Below, in pieces: positions 47,240-56,416 of a DNA stretch of 64,000 nucleotides. The position numbers and the translations under genes were made by a program. The stretch comes from Hyalangium minutum (GTDB lineage: Bacteria; Myxococcota; Myxococcia; Myxococcales; Myxococcaceae): positions 124,001-188,000 of the forward strand of contig NZ_JMCB01000014.1 of NCBI RefSeq assembly GCF_000737315.1, given 5' to 3'. Numbering within the stretch: the first letter of the stretch is position 1; each line of letters opens with the position of its first letter. The notes beneath the pieces were generated by a model. The model did not search any database. It was not told where the DNA came from and worked only from the letters and a program-made list of their open reading frames with translations.

Positions 47240-48865
47240 ATGATCGAAAGCGACGCCTCAGCCGGGGGCGCGCCACCAGCCGTGATGGATCCCCTGCTGG
47301 GCAGGGTCCTCAACGAGCGCTTCAAGATCCTGGAGGCGCTCGGCGCTGGCGGCATGGGCCGCGTGTACAAAGCCATCCAGGCCCCCCTGGATCGCCCCGT
47401 CGCGCTCAAGGTCCTCAACCCTCAATACGGTCAGGAGAAGGATCCCGGGTTCCAGCGCCGCTTCTTCTTCGAAGCCAGCGTCACCGCCAAGCTGCGCCAC
47501 CCCAACACCGTCACCGTCATCGACTACGGGAAGACGGACGACGGCATCTTCTTCATCGCCATGGAGTACCTGGAGGGCCAGACGCTCTCCCAGCTGCTCA
47601 CGCAGGTCGGCCCTCTGCCCTGGCCCCGGGCGCTCACCATTGCCCAGCAGATCGCCCGCTCGCTGCGCGAGGCCCACAAGATCGGCCTCATCCACCGGGA
47701 CTTGAAGCCCGCCAACGTGATGATCCTCACCCAGGAGACGGATCATGACGTGGTGAAGGTGCTGGACTTCGGGCTGGTGAAGTCCTTCATGCCTGACAGC
47801 GGCCAGTTCCCCGCGGACGTGTCGCTGACCCAGGCCGGCGTCATCCTCGGCTCGCCGCAGTACATGGCGCCCGAGCAGGCGCGCAACATCTCGGATCCCC
47901 GCAGCGACGTGTACTCGCTGGGCGTGGTGCTCTACCAGATGCTCCTGGGGCGCCCGCCGTTCCACGCCGAGCAGGGCATCGACATCATCGTCAAGCACAT
48001 CAACGAGCCGCCCCCGGCCTTCGCAGCCGTGTGGCCCGACCACACCATCCCTCCCGAGGTGGAGGCGATCGTGATGAAGTGCCTGGCCAAGCGCCCCCCG
48101 GATCGCTTCGACTCCATGGACGCGGTGCTCGAGAGCATCCGCCGCGCCATGGCCGCCGGCAACTTGAGCGGCGTCTACTCCGGCCCGATCAGCTCCCTCA
48201 CGTACATCGGCACCGGCCCCATCACCGGCCCCATCGGAGGGCCGCATCACTCGCCCTCAGGCGCCTCGACGATGTCGCTCGATATCGCCGTGGATGAGCC
48301 GGACAAGCGCAAGCGCCGCAACTCGCTGCCCATGGCCCTGTTCGGCGGCGCGGTGCTCATCGGTGTGTCCGTGGCCCTGGTGTTCGCGCTGCGCACGCCG
48401 ACGCCCAAGCCCGTGACGGACCTGCCTCCGCTGCCGGTGCAGCAGCCCACCGCCACCGCTCCCACGCCCGCGGTCACGCCTCCCTCCGCCGAGGAGAGCC
48501 CGCCCGCCCCGGAGGCCGAGGCCGAGGCCGAAGAGCTCCTCATCCCTCCGGTGGAGGCCGCCGAGCCCGAGGCGAAGCCCGAGCGCGTGCGCTTCGTCAT
48601 CAACAGCGAGCCGAGCGGCGCGCGGGTGACGTACGCGGGCAAGAGCCTGGGCACCACGCCGGTGGAGCTGGACGTCGCCCTGGGGAGCAAGGGGCTCGCT
48701 CGCGCCGAGCTGACGTTTGATCTCAACGGGTACTCGCGCCAGACGGTCACGGCCGAGGGCAAGGGCCCAACGGTCCGCTTTACCCAGAAGCTGAAGAAGA
48801 AGGGCTCGTCGCGGCCGGCCAGGCCGTCGGGCTCGAATGGCTACAAGGACGATCCCTACCAGTGA
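47240..48865 (+). CDS. Membrane Ser/Thr protein kinase with C-terminal PEGA domain
   Basis: LGAGGMGRVY, VALKVL, HRDLKPAN, DFG and GSPQYMAPEQ. TM ALFGGAVLIGVSVALVFAL. PEGA INSEPSGARV...LGTTP. ATG at 47240. Confidence 0.93.
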   Translation: MIESDASAGGAPPAVMDPLLGRVLNERFKILEALGAGGMGRVYKAIQAPLDRPVALKVLNPQYGQEKDPGFQRRFFFEASVTAKLRHPNTVTVIDYGKTDDGIFFIAMEYLEGQTLSQLLTQVGPLPWPRALTIAQQIARSLREAHKIGLIHRDLKPANVMILTQETDHDVVKVLDFGLVKSFMPDSGQFPADVSLTQAGVILGSPQYMAPEQARNISDPRSDVYSLGVVLYQMLLGRPPFHAEQGIDIIVKHINEPPPAFAAVWPDHTIPPEVEAIVMKCLAKRPPDRFDSMDAVLESIRRAMAAGNLSGVYSGPISSLTYIGTGPITGPIGGPHHSPSGASTMSLDIAVDEPDKRKRRNSLPMALFGGAVLIGVSVALVFALRTPTPKPVTDLPPLPVQQPTATAPTPAVTPPSAEESPPAPEAEAEAEELLIPPVEAAEPEAKPERVRFVINSEPSGARVTYAGKSLGTTPVELDVALGSKGLARAELTFDLNGYSRQTVTAEGKGPTVRFTQKLKKKGSSRPARPSGSNGYKDDPYQ

Positions 48866-48867
48866 AC

Positions 48868-51384
48868 ATGCCCGGAGTTTTCAAGCGAGCGGGCGTCCTC
48901 GCGATCTGTCTGTGCGCGGGGACGGCCCTGGCCGACGAGCGCCTCGAGGCGCGCCGCCACTTCCGCAACGGTATGAGCCTCATCGCCCAGGGGCAGTTCG
49001 ACCAGGGCATCGCCGAGCTGCAAGAGGCCTACACCATCAAGCCGCACCCCAACGTCCTCTATAACATCGCCCGCGCGTACCTGGACGCGGGCCGCTCCGT
49101 GGAGGCGCTGGACTGGTACCGGAAGTATCTGGCCGCCAATCCGCCCGACTCGGACTCGGTGCGCGCCACCATCGCCAAGCTGGAGGCCACGGTGAAGGCC
49201 TCCGAGGCGGCCAACCCCAACGCGCCCACCGCACCGGCTCCGGCACCACAGGCCGCGTCCCCCGCGGATGCGCAGGCCCTGGCGGCGCTCGTGGACCGGC
49301 TGGAGAAGGCCATTGCCCGCGCGGAGGCGATCCCCTCTGGAGGCACTCCCGGCCCCGTGGTGCCAGGCATTCCCCTCGTCCCGGGGGCTTCGGTGCCCGC
49401 GGCCACCGGGGAGGCCGGAGCCGCGGATGTGGGAGCAGTGCCATACGAGGAGCGCGTGGTGACGGCCAGCCGCCGCGCCCAGTCCTCGCTCGAGGCGCCC
49501 AACGCCACCACCGTCATCACTGCCGAGGACATCCGCCTGTCGGGCGCCACCAGCCTGGTGGAGTTGCTGCGCCGGGTGCCGGGCGCGGATGTGATGGAGC
49601 TGGGCGTGGGCAGCGCCAACCTGTCGCTGCGCGGCTTCAACCAGCGCATCGCCAACAAGGTGCTCGTGCTGGTGGACGGCCGCAGCGAGTACCAAGACTT
49701 CCTCGGCTTGACGCTCTGGTCCAGCCTCCCCATCGAGCTGGAGGAGATCGACCGCATCGAGGTGATCCGCGGGCCGGGCAGCGCCCTGTACGGCGCCAAC
49801 GCGATGCTGGGCGTGGTCAACATCATCACCCGTGCGCCGGGCTACGGGCAGCGGCAGATCCACGCCCTGGTGGGCGGCGGCAACACGGTGAGCGGCTCGT
49901 TCGTCAGCTACGGCGCCGCGAGCGCCCTGCGCTACCGCCTGTCCGTGGGCTACGGGCAGATGGACAAGTGGAGCCAGGACTTCGCGGGCAACCGGCCGGA
50001 CATGGCCTTGCGCGGCCCCAGCGCGGAGCGCGGCTACCAGGGCGCCCGCGGCAACCTGGCCACCGAGTACACCTTCAAGCCCGGGTTCGACCTGGGCCTG
50101 TCGGCCGGCGTGCACCGCTTCAGCACGGAGGCCTATCCGCTGGGCACGCTGCGCAACTTCTACATGGATGGCCTCACCGCCTACGGCAAGGGGGACGCCA
50201 GCCTGGGGCCCGTGAAGTTCAAGGCCTTCTGGAACCACGTGAACGTGGACACGGGCCCGCAGTACGAGCCCATCGGCCAGCGCTCGCTGGCCACGCACGT
50301 CACCTCCAACGTCTTCAACGGCGAGGCCCTCTTCAGCAAGGGCTTCGAGCTGGGCGGTGAGCACCTGCTCAACGTGGGCGCCGAGGGCCGCCTCAAGCGC
50401 GTGAGCTGGGACTACATGGGAGGGACGAAGGAGGAGTTCCACGCCGCGGCCTTCGTGCAGGACGAGTGGCGCCCTGTGCAGCCGCTGCGCCTGCTGGCCT
50501 CGTACCGCGCGGACCGGCACCCGCTGCTCAACAAGGGCTCGCCCGGCCTGGCGCACTCGCCGCGCGTGTCCGCCATCCTCCTTCCCGTGGAGGGCCACGC
50601 GTTCCGCGCCAGCGCCGCGTCCGCCTTCCGCGAGCCGACGTTCCTGGAGAGCTACACGAGCCTGCTGGTGCCCGCCCCCGGCGTGCCCGGCGCCAGTGCG
50701 CTCACGGAGGGCAACCGGGAGCTGAAGCCGGAGCGAATGGTGGCCTTCGAGTTCGGCTACCGCGGCGAGGCCCCGCGCCTGGGCATCGACTGGGACGTGG
50801 CCCTCTACCAGAACACGGTGAAGAACCTGATCGCCCTGTCCGAGGTGCAGCGCCTGCCCGCGGGCGACTCGTTCGACGAGGCGAGCAACACCTATGTGGT
50901 GGGCCGCTCCTTCTTCCAGAACGAATCGGAGACGTACACCTCGCGCGGCGTGGAGCTGGGCCTCTCGCTGGCCCCGGTGGACGGCCTGGGCATCAAGATC
51001 AGCTCCGCCCTGCAGAAGGTGACGACGGACGGAGAGGACGCCACCACGTGCGGCCCCTGCAGCCAGGCGCCCCAGGTGAAGCTCTTCGGCGGGCTGACGT
51101 ACCGGACGCGCTCGGACCTGGAGTTCGGCGTGGACGCGACCTACACCTCGGGCACCACCTGGATCGAGCGTGAGCCCGCGTCCGCGGACCCCACGCGCAT
51201 CGAGTTCATCGCCAACCCGCTGGCCGCTTACACCGTCCTCAACGCCCGCGTGGGCTACGAAGTCATCCAGGACAAGCTCACGGTGGCGGTGGTGGGCTCG
51301 AACCTGGCTGCCGGCCACACGCAGCATCCCTTCGGCAACCGCATCGAGCGCCGCGTCTACGCGAGCATGACGGTGATTCCATGA
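48868..51384 (+). CDS. TonB-dependent receptor with N-terminal TPR domain
   Basis: Signal peptide (TALA), TPR helices (ARRHFRNG...YNIARAYLDAG), TonB-box-like EERVVTAS, plug RIEVIRGPGSALYGANAMLGVVNII and a beta-barrel. Confidence 0.9.
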   Translation: MPGVFKRAGVLAICLCAGTALADERLEARRHFRNGMSLIAQGQFDQGIAELQEAYTIKPHPNVLYNIARAYLDAGRSVEALDWYRKYLAANPPDSDSVRATIAKLEATVKASEAANPNAPTAPAPAPQAASPADAQALAALVDRLEKAIARAEAIPSGGTPGPVVPGIPLVPGASVPAATGEAGAADVGAVPYEERVVTASRRAQSSLEAPNATTVITAEDIRLSGATSLVELLRRVPGADVMELGVGSANLSLRGFNQRIANKVLVLVDGRSEYQDFLGLTLWSSLPIELEEIDRIEVIRGPGSALYGANAMLGVVNIITRAPGYGQRQIHALVGGGNTVSGSFVSYGAASALRYRLSVGYGQMDKWSQDFAGNRPDMALRGPSAERGYQGARGNLATEYTFKPGFDLGLSAGVHRFSTEAYPLGTLRNFYMDGLTAYGKGDASLGPVKFKAFWNHVNVDTGPQYEPIGQRSLATHVTSNVFNGEALFSKGFELGGEHLLNVGAEGRLKRVSWDYMGGTKEEFHAAAFVQDEWRPVQPLRLLASYRADRHPLLNKGSPGLAHSPRVSAILLPVEGHAFRASAASAFREPTFLESYTSLLVPAPGVPGASALTEGNRELKPERMVAFEFGYRGEAPRLGIDWDVALYQNTVKNLIALSEVQRLPAGDSFDEASNTYVVGRSFFQNESETYTSRGVELGLSLAPVDGLGIKISSALQKVTTDGEDATTCGPCSQAPQVKLFGGLTYRTRSDLEFGVDATYTSGTTWIEREPASADPTRIEFIANPLAAYTVLNARVGYEVIQDKLTVAVVGSNLAAGHTQHPFGNRIERRVYASMTVIP

Positions 51385-52649
51385 CCTTCCTCCGCTCCCA
51401 GGGCCCGGCCCTCGCGGGCCTGCTCCTCTCCTCCGCCCTCGCCAGCTCGTGCGAGGCGCCTCCCGTGGTGGCCACCCAGGACCGCCAGCAACAGACGCGC
51501 TACGGCCGCATCGAGGGCAGCGTCGTCGTCCAGGGGCCCGCGCGCGGCAACGCCGTGGTGTTCCTCTACGACGCCACGCGTCCCCCGCCGCCGCAGGGCA
51601 CGGGGCGCCCCGTGGCCTTCAGCATCACCGCGCTCGAGGACTTGTACGGGACGGACGTGAACACGTTCACGTCCGGGCCCTTCACCGCGCCCTTCACCTT
51701 CCCGCTGGTGCGCCCAGGCAACTACCTGCTGCGGGGCTTCATCGACACGGACACGTGCCGCACACCGAGCTGCCAGCAGGGCTCGTGCGCCCCCGAGGTG
51801 ACGCCCTGCCACGGCCCGGACTTCATCCCCTGGTACAACGTCACCGCCGAGCCGAACATGTTCGACGTGGGCGGCGCCGCGGTGGACGCGGCCAACCGCG
51901 TCCCGCGCGTGTTCACCGTGGGCGAGACAGAGGATGGGACGCCTGTGCCGGTAACAGGTGTCACCGTGAGCTTCTCCTCGGACACCGCCACCGTGAGGGC
52001 AGACCGCCCCGTCTTCAACGTGGTCGGCTCCGCGACGATTGATCCGAGCGGCATCCAGACCTTCAAGCTGCGCTCGCGCCCTATCAGTGATGGCGTGGTG
52101 ACCCTGCGCGCTCCCGTGTTCATCGTGCGCTTCGTGGACGAGAACCAGGACGGCGTGCCGGATGATGCCAACAAGGACGGCGTGCCGGACCTCTGGCCAC
52201 GTATCGTGGTGCGCAAGCTGTCGGACAGCGGCACCGGCCTGGCCGACGAGAACGATCTGGACGGCAACGGTGTGCTTGACACGGAAGGCGTGGACTACCC
52301 GCACCTCGACGGCACCCAGGACGGCAAGCCGGATGCCGTGATTCTCGGCACCACCCTCCTGGCGGACTCGCTCCAGAGCGCGCTCTATGACGCCGATGGC
52401 CACCCGAAGATGGACGCCGTGGTGCCGGTGACGGAGCTGAACGTAGCCCTGCGGCCCATGGCGATCGACGTGCGCGACCCCGCCGCCCCGGCCATCCTCA
52501 AGACCATGCCGGCCGGCCGGTACGGCATCACCGTGCTCCAGTACACAGGGCAGGTGTGGAAGCTGCCCAACGAGCTGTCTCCGCAGCTCGCTCCGGCGCT
52601 CGGCCTGCCCCCCGTCGAGGGCCAGGGCTTCTCCTTCCAGGTCCGCTAA
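51381..52649 (+). CDS. Hypothetical lipoprotein with Dx[DN]xDG Ca-binding-like loops
   Basis: Lipobox LASS-C, start overlapping the receptor stop (ATGA), and DENQDG, DANKDG, DLDGNG and DGTQDG motifs. Confidence 0.8.
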   Translation: MTFLRSQGPALAGLLLSSALASSCEAPPVVATQDRQQQTRYGRIEGSVVVQGPARGNAVVFLYDATRPPPPQGTGRPVAFSITALEDLYGTDVNTFTSGPFTAPFTFPLVRPGNYLLRGFIDTDTCRTPSCQQGSCAPEVTPCHGPDFIPWYNVTAEPNMFDVGGAAVDAANRVPRVFTVGETEDGTPVPVTGVTVSFSSDTATVRADRPVFNVVGSATIDPSGIQTFKLRSRPISDGVVTLRAPVFIVRFVDENQDGVPDDANKDGVPDLWPRIVVRKLSDSGTGLADENDLDGNGVLDTEGVDYPHLDGTQDGKPDAVILGTTLLADSLQSALYDADGHPKMDAVVPVTELNVALRPMAIDVRDPAAPAILKTMPAGRYGITVLQYTGQVWKLPNELSPQLAPALGLPPVEGQGFSFQVR

Positions 52650-52823
52650 GCCTTCGGTCTTGCAGGAGGTAGCACGTCACCCCCGGGTTCCCTACCTGGG
52701 GACTGCCATTGTTCCGACTTTTCGGCTTTCACGCCTTTCACTTCGTTTTGACATCAGACCGGGTTTCCTGCATTATTCCAGTTGTGCAGTTCAGGGGATT
52801 TCCTGAACGAGGGAAGGATCCGT

Positions 52824-53303
52824 ATGAAGGCTGGAACGCTCTCCTCTGTTGCTGCTATCTCCATTCCTCGTCCTGCTCTGGAGCAAGTTCGTCCTGTGCT
52901 GAAGGCCGCTGCTACCGGGACGCCCCAGCGCGTCCTGCTCGTCGATGACAGCCGCTCCATCCGGACGCTGCTGAAGATCTACCTGATGGCTCGCAACTTC
53001 GAGTACGTCGAGGCCGAGTCCGGTGAGGAAGCCCTCAAGATGCTGGAGGAGGGCAACGTGGATCTGGTGCTGACCGACTTCCGGATGGAGGGCATGAGCG
53101 GGGCGGAGTTCGCCATGCAGGTGCGCGCCAACCCGGACTCGAAGATTGCCCGCACGCCCATCATGATGATGACGGGCGACCCGAACGTGGCCGAGGTCCG
53201 CACGCAGGGCCAGAAGGCGGGCATCAACGCCTTCGTGCGCAAGCCGGTGAGCTGCGCGCAGCTGATGACGCTCGTGGACACCATCCTGCCGCGCAACAAC
53301 TGA
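52824..53303 (+). CDS. Response regulator (REC with about 35-aa N-terminal extension)
   Basis: VLLVDDS, LTDFRMEGMSG, MMTG and RKPV. ATG at 52824 after GGAAGG. Confidence 0.88.
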   Translation: MKAGTLSSVAAISIPRPALEQVRPVLKAAATGTPQRVLLVDDSRSIRTLLKIYLMARNFEYVEAESGEEALKMLEEGNVDLVLTDFRMEGMSGAEFAMQVRANPDSKIARTPIMMMTGDPNVAEVRTQGQKAGINAFVRKPVSCAQLMTLVDTILPRNN

Positions 53304-53337
53304 GCGGCGCCTCTTCTCAACTGACGCTGTCCCCCAG

Positions 53338-53373
53338 CCCCACCCTCTCCTCCCCGGGAGACGGTGGGGTTTT
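53338..53373 (+). terminator. Intrinsic terminator
   Basis: CCCCACC-c-TCTCC...GGAGA-c-GGTGGGG followed by TTTT. Confidence 0.7.
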
Positions 53374-53379
53374 CATTCC

Positions 53380-53868
53380 ATGAACTCCCCGCTCGCCATC
53401 CGCGTGTCGCTCCTCGGAGCGCTGCTGCTCTCCCCCGTGGCCCTGGCCAAGGAGAAGGTCATCGTCAGTCCCGGGGTGCTGTTCAGCGTGTCGAAGCGGC
53501 CCGAGCGCACCGCGCTGGGGCTCGGGGCCGAGGTGAGCGCCTGGACCTACCCTGACTCCGAGGGCCGCTCCGGCGGCGGCTTCGTCCAGTGGCAGTCGAT
53601 GGAGTTCGACCACCAGCGCTTCTGCGCCGGCATTCAGGGTTCGTGGGAGGTGGTAGGGATGGAGTTCGGCGCCACCTACGAGACGGCGAACGCGGATCGC
53701 GCCTCGACGCTCAGCTTCCACGCCGCGCCCTACCTGAGCATCGCCGTCTTCTCGGTGGCCCTGCGCGTGGGCATTCCGCTCAAGCGGGGCGACGACTCCC
53801 TGCCGAGCCATGGGTATGATGTGGGGCTGGCCTTCGGGCTGAAGTATCCGATCGGGCTGCTGCGCTGA
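53380..53868 (+). CDS. Exported hypothetical protein, possibly a small beta-barrel
   Basis: Signal peptide (PVALA) and a mature part rich in amphipathic beta-strands. Confidence 0.6.
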   Translation: MNSPLAIRVSLLGALLLSPVALAKEKVIVSPGVLFSVSKRPERTALGLGAEVSAWTYPDSEGRSGGGFVQWQSMEFDHQRFCAGIQGSWEVVGMEFGATYETANADRASTLSFHAAPYLSIAVFSVALRVGIPLKRGDDSLPSHGYDVGLAFGLKYPIGLLR

Positions 53869-53895
53869 GGGCGGGAGCGGCCGGGTGCGCCGGGC

Positions 53896-54516
53896 TCAGG
53901 CGGGGCGCGGAGCCTCGCGCGTGCGGCGGCGCTTGCGCAGGGCCTCCACTGCGCGGATGGCGAACAGCAGCGCAAGCACGGCGCCGTAGATGGCCGGCTC
54001 GGTCACGTCCTTCTTCACCCGCCACACGAAGTGGATGACGCCCAACACCGCGGCCACATAGGCCAGCCGGTGCAGGCGCTTCCAGGCGGGGAAGCCCATG
54101 CGCCGCACGGCCGCGTTCGTGGAAGTCAGGGCCAGCGGCACCAGGAGCACCAGGGCGATGAAGCCCACGGCGATGAACTTCCGCTTCGTGATGTCCTCGA
54201 GGATGGGGCGCAGCTTGAGGCCCTGATCCGCCACCGCGTAGGTGAGGAAGTGCAGCACCGCGTAGCCGAACGCCATGAGCCCCACGAGCTTGCGGATGCG
54301 GATGGGCCACGTCCACCCGAACACGAGCTTGAGCGGCGTGCACGCCAGCGAGGCCAAGAGGAACACGAGCGCGAGCAGCCCAGTCTGGTTGAGCACGGCC
54401 TCGATGACGTTGGGCCCCAGCTCGCCCTGCGCGCCCTGAATGAGCATGAGCACCAGCGGAGCGAGACCGCCTACAAGGACTGCGGGGTTGAGCCAGGGAA
54501 GCGGCGGGGAGGCCAT
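53896..54516 (-). CDS. msrQ: Heme-binding membrane subunit of the periplasmic methionine sulfoxide reductase
   Basis: SLACTPL, IRKLVGL, LHFLTY, LALTSTN and WKRLHRLAY...IHFVW. Directly downstream of msrP. Confidence 0.92.
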   Translation of the reverse strand: MASPPLPWLNPAVLVGGLAPLVLMLIQGAQGELGPNVIEAVLNQTGLLALVFLLASLACTPLKLVFGWTWPIRIRKLVGLMAFGYAVLHFLTYAVADQGLKLRPILEDITKRKFIAVGFIALVLLVPLALTSTNAAVRRMGFPAWKRLHRLAYVAAVLGVIHFVWRVKKDVTEPAIYGAVLALLFAIRAVEALRKRRRTREAPRPA

Positions 54517-54524
54517 GGGATAAC

Positions 54525-55517
54525 TCAGTAGTTCTCGCGCAGATCCATGCCGGTGTAGAGGGAGGCGACCTGCTCGGCGTAGCCGTTGAAGGGCAGCGTG
54601 GGACGGCGGCTGTACTCACCCACGCGCCGCTCGGTGGCCTGGCTCCAGCGGGGGTGATCCACCGCGGGGTTCACGTTGGCGTAGAAGCCGTACTCGTGCG
54701 GCGAGGCCAGGTTCCAGGTGGTGGGCGGCTCCTGCTCCGTGAGGGTGATCTTCACGATCGACTTGATGCCCTTGAAGCCGTACTTCCACGGCACCACCAG
54801 CCGCAGGGGCGCGCCGTTCTGGTTGGGCAGCGTCTTGCCGTAGAGGCCCACGGCCAGCAGCGTGAGCGGGTGCACGGCCTCGTCGATGCGCAGGCCCTCC
54901 ACGTAGGGCCAGTCCAGCACCGGGCGCTTCTGGCCGGGCATCTGCTCGGGGTCCATCAGCGTGGTGAAGGCCACGTACTTGGCGCGGCTGGTGGGCTCCA
55001 CGCGCTTGATGAGCTCGCCCAGTGGGAAGCCGTTCCAGGGGATGACCATGGACCAGGCCTCCACGCAGCGCATCCGGTAGACGCGCTCCTCGGTGGGGAA
55101 CCACTTGAGCAGCTGGTCGATGTCCACCGTCTGTGGCTTGTTCACCTCGCCGTCGATGGTGACGGTCCACGGGCGCGTCTTGAGGACGTGCGCGTTGCGA
55201 GCAGGGTCGTTCTTGTCGAGCCCGAACTCGTAGAAGTTGTTGTAGGTGGTGACGTCCGCAAAGGGCGTCTTGGCCTCGTCCGTGTCATAGGGGCTGGAGC
55301 CCTGCGCGGGAGCCAGGGAGGGCAGCACGCCCGCGTCCGGGACGAACGAGTCCATGGGCTGGGTGCGCTTCAGGCCCAGCAGGTAGAGCCCGCCGCCTAC
55401 GACACCCGCCGTGCCCACGAAGAGGCCGGCGTTCTTGATGAACTCCCGGCGACGCAGGTACAGCTTCTCGGGGGTGATCTCGGAGCTGGGGGGCTCGGGC
55501 GCCTTCTTGTCGGACAT
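54525..55517 (-). CDS. msrP: Molybdopterin catalytic subunit of the periplasmic methionine sulfoxide reductase
   Basis: Tat motif [47 protein letters not shown] and [10 protein letters not shown]. Confidence 0.95.
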   Translation of the reverse strand: MSDKKAPEPPSSEITPEKLYLRRREFIKNAGLFVGTAGVVGGGLYLLGLKRTQPMDSFVPDAGVLPSLAPAQGSSPYDTDEAKTPFADVTTYNNFYEFGLDKNDPARNAHVLKTRPWTVTIDGEVNKPQTVDIDQLLKWFPTEERVYRMRCVEAWSMVIPWNGFPLGELIKRVEPTSRAKYVAFTTLMDPEQMPGQKRPVLDWPYVEGLRIDEAVHPLTLLAVGLYGKTLPNQNGAPLRLVVPWKYGFKGIKSIVKITLTEQEPPTTWNLASPHEYGFYANVNPAVDHPRWSQATERRVGEYSRRPTLPFNGYAEQVASLYTGMDLRENY

Positions 55518-55584
55518 GACTCCTCTTACTACGCGGCAGCCCGCGAACGGTTACCGCGCTCTCGGCAGGAGGTACTCCCCTGCC

Positions 55585-56337
55585 CTACCGGGTGGCGGCC
55601 TCGCCCTGGGAGGACAGGGAAGAGGCACGCGCCCGACCATCCTTCATCCGCCACAGGGCCCACCATGGGGTCGAGGGCGACTCGTGGTGCTCCCAGTGGT
55701 AGCCGAAGAAGTAGCAGGAGAGCAGGGCCCACAGGTGGTTGCGCGGCAGGGTGCGCGCATGGTGGGGCGCCATGTCGGGAGTATCCGGGCGGCGGTGAGG
55801 CAGGTAGGTGCCGAAGTAGAAGAGCTGGAGTGTGCCCAGGGCGGCGGGAATCACCCAGAAGGCCCAGAGGCGCCACTCGGCCACCCCGAGCCATTTCAGC
55901 AGGTTGAACTGCGCCGCCATGAAAACGAGCTGCGGCACGGTGGTGTAGCGGACCATGAAGGTGCCCAGCCACGGCCAGAAGGAGCGGAAGCGGGTGGAGA
56001 AGTCCGGATCGCTCTCGCCGGTGGGGTCCGCGTGGTGGGCCCGGTGGTTCACCACGAGCCGCCGGTAGGAGAGGCCCGCGAAGAGGAAGCAGGCCACCGT
56101 GCCCACGGCCGTGTTCACCCACCGGCGGCGGTTCACCGTGCCATGCATTGCGTCATGGCCGGTGATGAAGAGGCCGGTGCACAGGTGGGCCTGGAGCACG
56201 GTGTGCAGCCAGGTGACCGGGGAAGCCCACGAGAGGCCGTCCGCCGTGAGCACCCACGCGAGGTGCCCGGCCCACGCGCCGATGATGATCAGCGCCAGGG
56301 GGACTCCCCAGGGACCGTGGTGGGCGCGGGTGCTCAT
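55585..56337 (-). CDS. crtW: Beta-carotene ketolase (CrtW-type membrane di-iron enzyme)
   Basis: His boxes LFITGHDAMHG, NHRAHH...DPDF and QLFYFGTYLPHR...CYFFGYHWEHH...PWWAL. ATG at 56337. Confidence 0.8.
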   Translation of the reverse strand: MSTRAHHGPWGVPLALIIIGAWAGHLAWVLTADGLSWASPVTWLHTVLQAHLCTGLFITGHDAMHGTVNRRRWVNTAVGTVACFLFAGLSYRRLVVNHRAHHADPTGESDPDFSTRFRSFWPWLGTFMVRYTTVPQLVFMAAQFNLLKWLGVAEWRLWAFWVIPAALGTLQLFYFGTYLPHRRPDTPDMAPHHARTLPRNHLWALLSCYFFGYHWEHHESPSTPWWALWRMKDGRARASSLSSQGEAATR

Positions 56338-56416
56338 GCCAAGAGGGTTGTGACTCCGAGCGGCCCGCCGCGCATGGAAAAACGCCGGGCGGCGGACCGG
56401 AGGGCGGGCGGCCGGG

